From positions 120,590,001 through 120,654,000 of the forward strand of contig NC_091477.1 of assembly GCF_036971445.1 (NCBI RefSeq): a stretch of 64,000 nt of DNA. Reading direction: 5' to 3'. Shown one piece after another: positions 12,660-26,100 of the stretch. The notes below the pieces were generated by a model. The model was not told the DNA's origin, did not search any database, and saw only the letters and a program-made list of their open reading frames with translations. Made by a program: the position numbers and the translations under genes. Every line of letters starts with the position of its first letter. Position 1 is the first letter of the stretch. This stretch comes from Narcine bancroftii (lineage: Eukaryota).

Positions 12660-12827
12660 CTTCTTCTTTCTTTGGCTTGGCTTCGCGGAACAAGATTTAT
12701 GGAGAGATTTATGTCCACGTTAGCTGCAGGCTCGTTTGTGGCTGACAAGTCCGATGCGGGACAGGCAGACACGGTTGCAGCGGTTGCAAGGGAAAATTGG
12801 TTGGTTGGGGTTGGGTGTTGGGTTGTT
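12660..12827 (-). mobile_element. RTE LINE 3' fragment with TSD ccttaaat
   Basis: Matches the 3' end of the RTE at 60316-61688. TSD at 12652-12659 and 12828-12835; empty site at about 34943. Confidence 0.85.
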
Positions 12828-13289
12828 CCTTAAATAATGAACGAACTACCCACTCAATTGTTCGATTAGAGCTGCAGATTTGTTGCGTCCAGTGATGATT
12901 CCAGCTAAAGTAACCTGTTATATGAATCGATGGTCTCCTTAATCCATTTTTCTCATTCTGTGTTATAGCTATGCACGGCCTAGTGGCTCCTGTTTGTAAC
13001 AGGTTTTAATAATCCGAATCGAGAACATTCCTGTTCAACTCACATCAAATTAAACTACGGACACATCAAAAACGAATCAAGACAATTTCAACATGCAGGA
13101 ATCATACGCAAACACGCGTTTTAGTAATGGAACAGAAGCTGGAGGGGCATATGATCTTGATGGAATGTACCGATCTGAAACGTTGTCTGTGCATTTCCCT
13201 CTATGGGGGCTGCCTGGCCCGTTGACCCTCAGTAGCTTCTCGTTGTTTACTAAGGATTCCAGCATCTGTAATTTCGCGTGCTTCTTAGT

Positions 13290-14197
13290 TTATGGTGAAG
13301 TTCCTTTGCCCATCATGTGTTTCTTCGTGTTATTCTGCGGCTTCACTACAATAATGTAACATTTGGGTGCGAAAATACAGGCCAACAAACCAAAGCTTGA
13401 GGCCCAGATAGCAAACACTTCCACGGCCACCGTGTACTTCCCTGGAGAACTCACATAAGCTGGAATGAACGTGATCCAAACCGCGCAGAAGATCAACATG
13501 CTGAAGGTGATGTACTTGGCGTCATTGAAGTTGTCTGGAAGTTTCCGGGCAAGGAAAGCGAGAACTAAACACACAATGGACAAAAGAGCAATATAGGCCG
13601 ATACCAAGTAAAAGGCCGTTAATGACCCCACGTCGCATTCCAGAATAATGATGTCTCGATAATAGCTCATGTTTTTCAGGGGATGGGGAGGTGACACACT
13701 TAGCCAGACAACGCAAACTAAAGCCTGCAGAAATGTCAGGATACACACGCCCAGCCGTTGCTGAGCGGGTCCAAACCAGTTCATCACGCTCCTGTTGGGA
13801 AGAGTTGCTTTAAAGGCCACCACAACTAGAATGGTTTTGCCCAAAATGCAGGAAATGCAGAGAACGAAAACAACTCCGAAAACAGTGCGACGCAACCTGC
13901 AAGACCAGTCGGAGGGTTCCCCAATGAAGCTGAGCGAGCAAATGAAGCAAAGCATGAGAGCGAAGAGAAGGAGGAAGCTGAGCTCGGAGTTGTTCGCTTT
14001 CACCATGGGAGTTTCCCGGTAACGGTAGAAAATAGCAGCGGTGGCCAAGGTGAAGCAGACTCCCACTAGAGCGAGCGTCACCAACACAAACCCCAGAACT
14101 TCTCCAAAGGAAAGGAACTCCACCTTCTTGCGAACACATCGGGTTTTCTGTTGATTTGACCAGTATTCCGAGGGACATTTCATGCAATCTGTGGAAT
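13290..14197 (-). CDS. gene B exon 6 (7TM)
   Basis: cttattcag|AT acceptor; open to the TAA at 13290. Confidence 0.95.
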
Positions 14198-17100
14198 CTG
14201 AATAAGGAAATCCAATGTGAAACTCCAAATATTCGTGAGCACAGAATATGAAATTCCGGAGGCCCCGTGCAATACAGTTACATACTTGCACAGCAGGAAA
14301 GTGGACATTTTGGCGCACCATGTGGCACTGCTGAGGAAGCCGGCAGCGCAATGCAAGGACAAAGTGGCCATGCTCCGGATTCGTACCCGGATCATCTCGA
14401 AGGACTTTGTATGCGTGTATGGGTAGGGTTTCCCCGGATCGGATTTCATCCCACCCTTCAAAATGCACGAAAGTTGGAGGAGGTTGGAGGTTAATTTAGT
14501 CCATTTTGGAAGCATGAGCTTGTGTGCTGTTACCCTGCTGTACATGAATTTTAACACAAACATTTTTCCAATCTCCTCTATATTAATGGACTCACCTGTG
14601 ATGTTGCTAATCTCACCATCGGCACATTCTGCACAGTCAAAACAACATGTCGGTTGCCCTTTCAGACTCACTTTCCTTGTTCCGGGAAGACAGGGTTCTG
14701 AGCAAATTGCTCGTGGGATCTAAAGCAAAACGACACCAAATGCCTATTTTATCATATCCACGTGATGAAACATAGGAAAATCTGTTCCGTTTTTCCCAAT
14801 ACTCATGTTATCCCAGACTCCCAAATTATTCTTCAGATTTTTATTGTTTAATTCACATCAAGGCTCTTCTCTTTGTGGGCCATGTCTAGCAGTTCTCACG
14901 GTCATACAGTCGAAATGTAGACCGGTCTGGGCTGAATGACGCTATCCACTCACACAGGTCTTTTTTTTCAATATTCTTTAGAACCTCCGCACTCAATATA
15001 TTCAACCATTGAACCACACACTGGGACAATGTGGGCATTCTGAACTCCAACGAATAAAAATATAATCCATTCACACTACGCTTGCACAGAAATTGGTGTA
15101 TTCGACAATCGGTATTAACTGCCTCCATCTACCATGTTGTCCTTATTGGCCAGAAAAAGTCCACGGTAAAGCGGCATACCTTATATCTGTTCGTACTCCA
15201 CATGATATCTCCAAAATTCATTACCAGCTCGTGACCTGGCAGAGCTGAGCCTTCATAATAGCCAATATTCACAATGTCAATTGTACCCTCTGAATTTGTT
15301 TGCAGGTTCACCAATTCGTATCTTGGCACTGGATCACCGTTTTCATCAAAATGTACGATTTCTCCAGTCTTCGCTGTGAAATTAACGAGGCGTAGGTAGT
15401 GGAGCAGCTGGGAAAGAATAAAGCACAGAAGGGGAGAAGTTAGCAGTGACGTTGATTCGGAATGCGGAGGTACAGACGTTGAACTTCTCTATACACCCAA
15501 ATTATTTAAATATTCTATAGGATAATTGTCACCTGGAGTAATATGTTGATCTTGGAGGCGCCCCATCAATATAATGTACATATATCTAGCGGTGGGTCAG
15601 GGATGAAGATACTGGCCTTGGTTAACTCGATATCATCACTGAATGAAAATCACTATTTAAGACCCAAGACAAAAACCTCGAACCGTACAGCACGGAAACG
15701 GGTGCTTCCATCCTTCTAGTCTGTACAGGTCAACTTTTCTGCCTAGTCCTACTGGCCTGCACCAGGTCCATAGCCCTCCATACCTCTCTTATCCATGTAC
15801 TTCTACATTGTGTGTCAGTTTCCTGTAGAACATTTGAATACTTTGGGTGTACAGTTTTCATTTTAGATCTCCCCATCTCTTTTGGCTCTTTAAATAGCTG
15901 TCCACTCTGATTTTCAAGGGGACCAATTTTGTCCCTTGCTATCCTTTTGCTCTTACTATACCTGCAGAATCCATTGGGATTTTCCTTCACATTGCATACA
16001 AAAGGAACCTTGTGTCTTATTTTAGATGTTTTGATTTCTTTCTTGGGTTTCTTCTTGCATTTTATACTCCTCATGTACCTCATTTTCTCCATGTTGCCTA
16101 CTATTCACCACTCTCTTCTTCTGAACCAGATCCCCAATCTACCTGACAGGAATATACAAGTGCTTTACTCTCAACATTGTGGTCTCCCACTTAGTCCTCA
16201 TGTCATCACTTGAAAACAATTGTTCAAGTCCATGCATTCTAGGTCCTCTCTTATTTCATCACAATTGCCTTTCTCCAATTTACAAACTCAACCCGAGGAC
16301 CAGAACTATCCTTCTCCATAATGACATTTTGATCATTGGACCCAAAAGGTTCCCCAACACACTTCTATCACCAGTCCTGTCTCGTTACGCAATAGGAGAT
16401 CCATTATTGTATTCTCTCTGGTTGGGAGGCCTCTATGTATTGATTCAGAAAACTTTCCTGAATGCATTTGACAAACTCCAAGCCATCCAGTCCTTTTATG
16501 GTATGGGAGTCAATATATGGACAGTTAAAATGCCCTGCTATCACGACCTATGTTTCCTTCAGTTCTGTTCTATCTCTACATATTTGCTTCTTAAATTTTC
16601 ATTAACTATTGTGTGGTCATACCTTTCCTTTTCCTCTGCTCCACCCATTTAGCCTCAGTAGAGGCAGCTACTTGTCTGTCCCATCTGATAACAGCTGTAT
16701 ATTTTCCCTGAGGAGCAATGCTACTCCTTCCCCTTTCATCCCCGCCCTCTGCTCTCTTGTGTCTGAAGTAATTGAAGCCCAGAACATTGAGCTGCCAGTC
16801 CTGCTCCTCCTTCAAACGTTTCACGAATGGCCACAAGGTCATAATTCCACGTGTCAATCCACGTTCTAAAATCGCCTGCCTTTTCTGCAGTACTTCTTGC
16901 ATTGAAATAGATGCACCTGAGAACAATTCCACCACGTACAACCTTTGACTTCTAACATTACAAATAATTTCCACCTGTCTTTTATTTCCTGCACCCTTTA
17001 TCCATCTGGCACTCTGGTCCTCACCAGGAGAATTATGTTTGAATCCGATAACCCACCCTCCACCCCCATCCCCCAGCAGTACTATCAAATCTTCCCGCAA

Positions 17101-20100
17101 GGATATTAGTCCCGCTCGTTCAGATGCAAAAACAGAACAGGTCCACCTTCCCTGGAATAGAGCTGAATGATCTAGCATCCTAAACCTGCACCATGTCTTT
17201 TGACACGTTTTAAGTTGCATTATCTTCTTATTTCTATCCTCACTGCTAGGACGCGGCACTGGGACCAGTCTTGAGACAACAACCCGAAGAGGCCTTGTCC
17301 TTCAACTTAGCGCTTAACAACCTGAAAACTCTCTTTGCAGGACCTCATTGCCCTTCCTACGCACGTCTTCATCCCCGAAGGCCCCAAAGGTGCGGAAGTT
17401 TTGTTCTGTGGCTGTGCAGCCTGTCAGATGTAAACACATTCCACCCATCCCTTTCCCGCCCCACCCCCACCCCCACAAGAAGCTGGAGAAAAAACTGCCC
17501 TAATATCGTTCATAAACAAGGGATCTTGTACAAGTGCTGATGTCAATATTCATCCTTTACCAATCCCCACTGCTGACGATCTGCACACGAAACACACCAT
17601 CACCGGGGTAATCTTTATCCTGCAAATTAGCTGCCCTGTTCCCCACACTTTGCATATTCATATGTTTAACCTTTGAACCTATTCTCTAAAAGAAGAATTT
17701 TGATAATCACGAAGAAAATTGTGGCCAAAGTGTCTTGGATGGCGAAGAAATGAAAATGGAACCACATAAATTTCAAGCATTGATCATAGCTCTCCCGCAT
17801 TGCCAATGTGCTGTTTGTAAGCACAAGAAAAGCTCATATTTCAATACCTGCCAAGGCTCAAAATTTGAAATCTGTGCACATGTGTGATTCACAAAGGGCC
17901 CGTTGCCTTCTTCACAGGTTAACAGGTCGTGGAGAGCATGAGCGATAGCGTAGACCGCTTTATTCACGTGGTAAGAACTTCCGTCCATTATTGCCGGCAG
18001 GTAGGAGTTTTCTATCCCTTCCATTTGTTCCTTCCCTGTGCATTGCTGAACTGGAACAGGAGAATTTCCTGAAATGATCGTGTTCTCAGTGGTAAACCTG
18101 CATGTGAACAACGTCTCCCAAAACTCTGTCACCAAAACGTTGCCTGGAAATTTGGAAGGATGGACATTATGAAGAAACTCTCTGAGTTCGTCGATCTCTG
18201 TCCTGTAGACTGCTGTACCGATTGTCCCGGCGAGATAAATTGCATTTAATTCGGGCGAGAGAAGATGTCCTGTAACCCAGCCCTCGCTTCCGATCCACTG
18301 GATGCCCGTTACGTTTTGACGCCAAATTTCCTCCAACAAAATCCGCATTTCCCCGGCAGCAGCAATGGCCACCACTACATCCGTGGACGCCTGTTTAATC
18401 ACCCGGACAATGTTCCTGATTTTCACCACTGGGTCGGTCCTCTGAAATGACTCCGAGTAGGCGATACAAACCCCAAACTTTTCCACGTGCTCCACAAATC
18501 CCTGCATTCCAAAATTGCCATAATCGTTGTTACTTCTTATAGTTCCGACCCACGTCCAACCGAACGTTCTCACCAGTTCAGCGAGAACTTTGAACTGGTA
18601 CTCGTCGCTGGGTATAGTTCTAAAAAATGTCGGGTATTCCTGCTTATCGCTAAGGCAGGAGCAGGTGGAGTAGGGACTGACCTGCAGAGAAAATGATCAA
18701 TATATGAATACCATTTTAATTTTACTTCTGGTTCAAAACTTGATAGATCAGGTGGAAATATTGTTGAATATAAAATAGTTAAAATCGTGACAGATTTAAT
18801 GAATGAGATGAGACTTGTTGATAGTTGGGGGAAAGTACGTCCTCATGATAGGGACTATTTTTATACTTTTAGACACAAGACGTATTCACGTATTGATTTT
18901 TTTGAAGTTTCTCCACAATTACAAGCTTAATTTCAGAAGATAGAATATCAAGCAAGTATATTATCGGATCATTCACCTTTAGTGATATCAATTGCGTTGG
19001 GAGAAGAACAAAATGTGAATTATAGATGGAGATTTAATACAATACTTTTAAAGAGGAAGGACGTTTGTGAATTTATGAGGCCAACATAAAATTTTAACTA
19101 GAAATTAATGAACACTCAGTAGCAAATAAATTTATTGTATGGGACTTTGAAAACCTATTTAAGAAGACATATAATGAGTTGCACATCTAAAATAAAGAAG
19201 GAATATATGAAAGCAGTAGATCAATTAGACAAAGATATATTGTATTTAGAAAAGGAATTACATATTCATAAAAATGAAGAGAAACAAAGATTATTGGAAT
19301 CAAAAAAATTGAAACGTAATGCAATCTTATAAAGTAGAACGACGTACTGAGACAGAAATATTATGAATTAGTTGATAGAGCCTATAAAATTTTAACATGG
19401 AAACTCAAAGCTGAGCAATTATCAAGACCAATAATAGCACAAAAAGAGAAACTGGTCAAATTACATAGAAAACGCAAGAAATTAATGATCTTAGGATTTT
19501 TTATAAACAATTATATCAGTCTGAATGTTTAAAGGACGAGGAAAAATAGATGAATATCTATAACAAGTTACATTGCCTAAAATAAATGTCGATGAATAAA
19601 TGAAATTATCCAATTCCTTTACGAATGTTGAATTACATGATGTTTTGATGTTTTTGCCAAATAATAAGACTCTAAGAGAGGATGGTTTCTCTCTGGAGGT
19701 TAATGAAGAACTTAACCAGCTGTTACTTCCTGCTTTATGGTACTTTTTGAACAAATGAAAAACTCTAATGACTTACCAGAATCTTTTAAAATAACATTAA
19801 TAAAAGTTCTTCCAAAAAGGGAAAAATCCTTTATTACCATCGTCTTATAGAACGGTATCATTATTAAATACAGATAATAAAATAGTATCCAAATTATTAC
19901 CTAACACATTAACTAAATATTTGCCTAAAATAATAAATATGGATCAGACTGGCTTTATTAAACATAGAAGATCTGCAGACGATAGAGTTAAAATTATGTT
20001 TATTAAATGTAGCCCATTCTCCGTGACTTTAGACGCAGAAAAATTGTATGATAGACTAGAATGGGACTTTTATTAAAAGTAATGAATTTTTTCGGAATTC

Positions 20101-23100
20101 CAAATGATTTTATAAATTGGATAAGAGCTTTGTATAATCATCCAAAAGCTAAGGTGGGCACGAATAGGCAAATATCTAAACCTTTTCTATTAGAAAGATC
20201 ATCTAGACAAGGATGCCCATTATCATCATTTTTATTTGCATTGGCCATATAACTGTTGACAGAAGTGATAAGGAGAGATAATGAGATTAAGAGTTATTTG
20301 ATAGAAGATAGAGAACATAAAATTAACTTATTTGCAGATGATGTTACTTACAGAACCAGAAATAACATTGAAGAAAATTAATGCACAATTGGTAGAATAT
20401 CGTTTGATATCAGGTTATAAAGTCAATGTAGGAAAGACTGAAGTGATGCCTATGAATGATGAGGAGTATACATACATTAAGTAAGCAGGTGATGATGTTT
20501 AAGTGGTAAAAGGAAGCAATTAAATATTTAGGAATTAATATTGATAGAAATTTAAATAATTTATTTAAACTGTCATTACCAAAAAATTATTTAATATTTA
20601 AAGAGATGGAAAGATTTACCAATATATTTAATAGGAAGGGTAAACTGTATAAAGATTAATATTTTTCCCAGGTTGTAATATTTATTTCATTCATTACCCA
20701 TTCCTATACCAACGAAGGTTTTCAATAATTAAATAAAAGTGTAAGAAAATTTATTAGTCATGATAAAATGCCAAGGAAAGCTTTGGAAAAATTACCTTGG
20801 AAATTTTATCAGGAAGGATTACACTTAGCGAATTTAAAAAATTATTATAAAGCAGCTCAATTAAGATTTCTATCCTCCTGTTATCAAATTGGGCAGAAGA
20901 CAGCAAGGGTACCTATGAAATGAATAATATAGGAGAAACTAATCCAGAACAATTTTTATATAAATGGAACAAAGAACCTTTGAGAGGAGTACCAATTTTA
21001 AAACATTTATTCAAGATATGGGATGGAATTCATGTACAAAGAGGAATTAAGAACTACCAAATAGCTAAGATGATGTTAAAGCAGAATGCACTTCATCCTT
21101 TTACTTTAAATAATCCTTTCTTTGATATCTGGCACAATAATGGGATAAAGAGGATAAAAGAATGCGTCTTAGGTCCTTTTTACTTGACGTTCCAACAAAT
21201 GAAAGAGAAATACAATATAACAATACAGGAATACCTGGTCCTGGCAACTGTAGAATTACATTTGCATGGATCACAGGCATCGTTTGAAAAATATTCAAAC
21301 TTTTCACAAATTACTTATATATTACAACAAAAGTTACACAGAGTTAAACGTTGTACGATTTATTAACCATTTTCCAAGCTCTAAAATGCAATTTTATCAC
21401 GTGTCTTCTCTACTAACTTATTTCTGCTATAGAACGTTATGTCATTGCTCTTTACTAACATCGAACGTCGTTGAAAATCGTCATTATAGTGCCTCATTCA
21501 AATATTTAACCCATTACCAGTGGGATTCCGAAGGATCCGATTGTCCGTGCGGTTACGATGGAGTTTGTGGATAGTTCACAACCAACGATGGCAGCGACGT
21601 TGGAGGAGCTTCTACATTCCGGGTATTCAATCATTTCTTCTTCTCCGTTGATCAAAGTGAACGCTGCCCTCGAGGCAATCGCTGGGGACGAGCAGTCATC
21701 GTGGATCTTGTACCCGAGTGTGATCCCGGGGAGAAGGTTTTCATCCTGATTTATTTCTTCAATGGTAAAAATCATGGTCTGCGCCAAACGGAAGCTTGTA
21801 TAATCAACACTGAAGAAAGGATAAGGGGAGGGAGAGAGAGAGGAAGTAATAAAAACCGTTCAAATTAATCATTCGACTAAATATAATGTCAAACTATTTA
21901 AATAGTATAATTTACTTATTATTATACAAGACAACTATAAAAAAAAACATGAACATCAAATGCCGCTGAAAACGAGTGCCTGTCAGCTCTCCACTCCTCT
22001 GTGGTATGGGATCTGTGTTACTCACAGGCGTACTGTGGAAGGTACACGAGGAGAGAGGGCTGCGAAACGTAGAAAATATAGTTGGGTCCATCTCAGGCTC
22101 TAACTCCCATCTTTGTGAGGCGCTGCCTCCGTCGACACGCACCTCAACTCCCAGGTGGTGGCTTTCTCCCACTCCTTTCTCCCGACAGGAGGTAAAGAAA
22201 CCAGAAAGCCAGCACCCGTGGGTTGAGAAATAGTTTCTTTCCAACCGCTATCAGACTCTTGAACTTCCCCTTGGGACATCAACAATAGACTGCTCCAATG
22301 CCACACATTTATTGTACATCTATATTATTGTCTCTACAATGCCTACCTGCTTGACTGCAGCAAGTAAGAATTTCAATGTCGATCTGCATTGTACAATATG
22401 TTTTTCAATAAACTGATCGTTAACTTCAATGTTTAAGCTTTGGACATAGACCTTCTGAGTTCACATCCTTGAGATGAGCTTCGGGCACAGATCTCCTCAA
22501 CTTTCTACCCTGATGTATTTCGAAACCTGAACTCGGTTCACGACACGCCCTCGCTGTTCATATTTGACCATCTCCAATCTCAGGGCATAAACTGGGATCA
22601 GGAAATAGCAATGACCGGATATTGCAGGAGAGAGCTGAAGAGGGACGCGAAAAGTTAGCCCATATTCCTCGCAATTCATGACTGTCCTTGTATGTGCACA
22701 TTTTTGCGAATGACAGTTCAGTGGATAGGAAGCTCCCAGTGCACTCACAACAAAGATAACTCATTGGACATTTTGTGGTTTCTCTGTGATCTCACAAGAA
22801 GGTTTATTGACAGATAAATGATCGGAACTACAATTCAGAGGATTAATATTCTGATGACTTTAGCTGGGTTTATGTGTAACCAAATATGGTAATTTAAATC
22901 AAAAGGTTAGCAGCGGTAAGGCTTTTCTCTTTATAATGCCGAATGACGAGACGTAACTTAATCAAGGTGTATAAGATCATTAAGATCATGAAGGGTTTAG
23001 ATTTAGTGGACAGCCTATTTCCAGAGCACATCTGTTTGATGGGGAGTGGAGGAAAATTTAGGGAAGATGTCAGATTAAGGTTATTTTTCATAGAGAAAAT

Positions 23101-26100
23101 GTAATGCAGCGTCGACCTGGTGCAATATGAACATTCAATAGACACATAGATGGGCACATGGATGTCAAAATATAGAATTATTTGGGCCAAGTGAGGTAGA
23201 ATTTGATTGTTGCAGAGTTGGTTTATATTGCTGGGTCAATAAAGTGGCTGACGGACCTGTACTGTGCCGTAATGTTCCATGCTTTATTTGTCAAAGTATC
23301 AAGTGTCGTAATAAGAATATTGCAAGTGTTTTCTGTACTCGGATTATGGTGAACATTTATTGTCTATCTTAAGTATTATTGTTGCATTTTAATTTAATTC
23401 ATTAATTGACTATAGAGCTTTTTTTTACACGTACCTACCAGTTCGGAAGCAGGAACTAGGATTTTCGGTGCGTGTGTGCATTGTATAATGTGTATGACAA
23501 TAGACACATCGTTATCTACGATATCACTTTCAGATTAACGTTTTAGCTCCAGACACAGACCACCCCACCTCACTGCCCTCCGGTGTTCCTAATTCTGATC
23601 TCGGCTCCTGAACTACCCTCCTTGTTGATATGTAACCACCTCCAAGCTCAGAGCATAAAACCCTAACCCGTGGAGAGGGCTCTAGGCGGACGCGCAATGT
23701 TTACCTCTATTCCCCCCAATCCATGACCGCCTTTGTACATGCGCGGATCCGAGAATGGCAGTTCCGTGGATAAGAAGCTCAGGGTGCAGTCAGGCAACAA
23801 CTATAAATGTCGCATTCGACATTTTATTGTCTCTTTGTGATCACAAAAGAACATTTATGACAGAAAATTGATCGGAACTAGCATTCATAGGACTACAATT
23901 CTGGTTTTAATTTAAAGTGTTACGCGTCCAACCCAACACGTTATAGTAGAAATATATGTTGCCATCATCCAATGGCTTCCGCCAGTATTTTTTTCTAGTC
24001 CATCGCATTGCTTTAGAGGCGTGTGATGCTATTAATATGCACATATAAGAGTCAGTGAAGCGCAGATTTCACCTTTAAATAGAGATTCACCCTTCATATT
24101 CCTTCACTGTCATTTTTCAATCCGACGTAAAGAACATCATTGATTGTTTCAGCTCAAACTCTATTTCACAGAGCTGAAAATCTTCAAATGAAGATACAAT
24201 TACAACTTTGAAAATATATTTCAAGGGTTATGGACACATTCGGATTCAATGCGTCAAAACAGATAGAGACCACAGCCGGCATGAACAAGATGGGTAGAAA
24301 GGACTCATTTTTGTGATGTGTCTACCTCAGATTCCACGATGATAACTCTTCTGGCAAAAGCTGCATGACTGCCAAATAAAATGGAAAATGCAATGTTTAC
24401 GTAAACTCTGCAAAGGAACAGATTAATCACGCAAAATAATTAAGAATTAATGACTTAAAATTCTGCCTTTGCTGCCATTTGAAAGCGGGAAACTGTTGGG
24501 AAAATCGGCACTTAAGGCAACATTTGACAGGTCACAGGTGAAGCCCAGTTTGGAACATTGCGTGCATTTCTGGTCACCAAATTACAGGAAGGATACCAGT
24601 AAGATGAAGAGTGTGCAGAGATTTACTAGGATTTTGCCGCGTCTTCAAAGTTGAATGGCAGGGAAAGATTAAACAGCTTAAGACTTTATTCCTTGGAGCG
24701 TTGAAGAATGATGGATATTTACAAATCTATGAGGGATATAGAGAGAGTAAATGTGAGTAGGCTCTTTCCACTTAGATAAGGAGAGATAAATACAAGAGGA
24801 CATGGCTTTAGGGTGAAAGGGGAAAGGTTTAGGGGTAACATTAGGGGGAATCTTTTCACTCAGAGAGTGGTGGGAGTCTGGAGTGAGCTGCCATATGACG
24901 TGGTAAATGCAGGGTCACTCTTAAGTTTTAAAACTAAATTCGATAGATGCATGAATGGGAGAGGTCAGGAGGGTTATGGAATTGGTGCAGGAAACGTATT
25001 TAACTGAAAAAGTTGAGGAGAGATTGGATTGGCCATGTTGTAGCATCGTCTTTTAATTCAAAAGCAAGAGGTGTTGGTATTTTAATTCATTTTAAAAAGT
25101 TATCTTTTACACTGGATTCAGTTTTCCAGCTGTTGGTAGATTGTTGTTTGTTAATTGTAAGATTTTTTCGGAGGCTTGGACTCCGATCAATGTTTATACC
25201 CCTAATGTAGGCGATGATTGTTTTATGGCAGAAGCTTTTCTGAATTTAAATCAGGCTTATGATAATGTGTTGGTTAGTGGTGATTTCAACAGCTGTTGGG
25301 ACCCTTTATTAGATAAATCTCCAAAAACATTAGGTAAAACGAAGCTGGCTAAACAGTTGTTGATGGTAATGAAGGATTTGAATTTGGTAGAGATTTGGAG
25401 GAGGTTAAATCTGACAGAAAAAGATTTCTCTTTTTATTCCGCTCGGCATGATTCTTATTCTAGAATAGATCTATTTTTAGTAACAGCACAATTACAGGGT
25501 AGACCTATTCAGGCTGAATATAAAAGTTGGGATTTTGTCTGATCATTCTTTATTATTAATTACTTGTATTGGTTCAGAAAGGGTTGAAAATACATATTGG
25601 TGGATATTTAATATATTGTTGAAAAAAACTGAATTTATTACATTTTTGAGAGAAAATATAAAATACCTTTTGCAAATAAATGAGGGATCAGTGCGAAGTA
25701 AATTAATCTTAGGAGATGCATTGAAAGTCTATCTGAGGGGACAAATTATTAGTTATACAGCTAAAGTTAAAAAGCAATATCTGGTAGAGAGTCAAGATTT
25801 AGAAAAAGAGATAGATAAGTTGGAAAAAGAAGTACAATCAGACACCACAGAAGTTTAAAAAGCTCATATAACTAAATTAAATTTATGGTACAATACTTTA
25901 TAAATTTATACATTTGAAAAATTATTGGAAAGAACGTTATTATGAGCTGGGTGAATGTGCCCACAAAGTGTTAGTTTGGCAGTTGAAGATTGAACAGGTT
26001 TCAAGGACAATAGTGCTATTATACGGGGTACAACAATTACTTATGAACATCAGGAGATTAATGATGAATGTCGTTTATATTATGAGGAGTTGTATACCTT

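Noticed and set aside
14198-14468. N-terminal extensions of long ORFs (also 1865-1948, 49252-49465)
   Set aside because: These are intronic read-through upstream of clear splice acceptors and are not conserved between paralogs.
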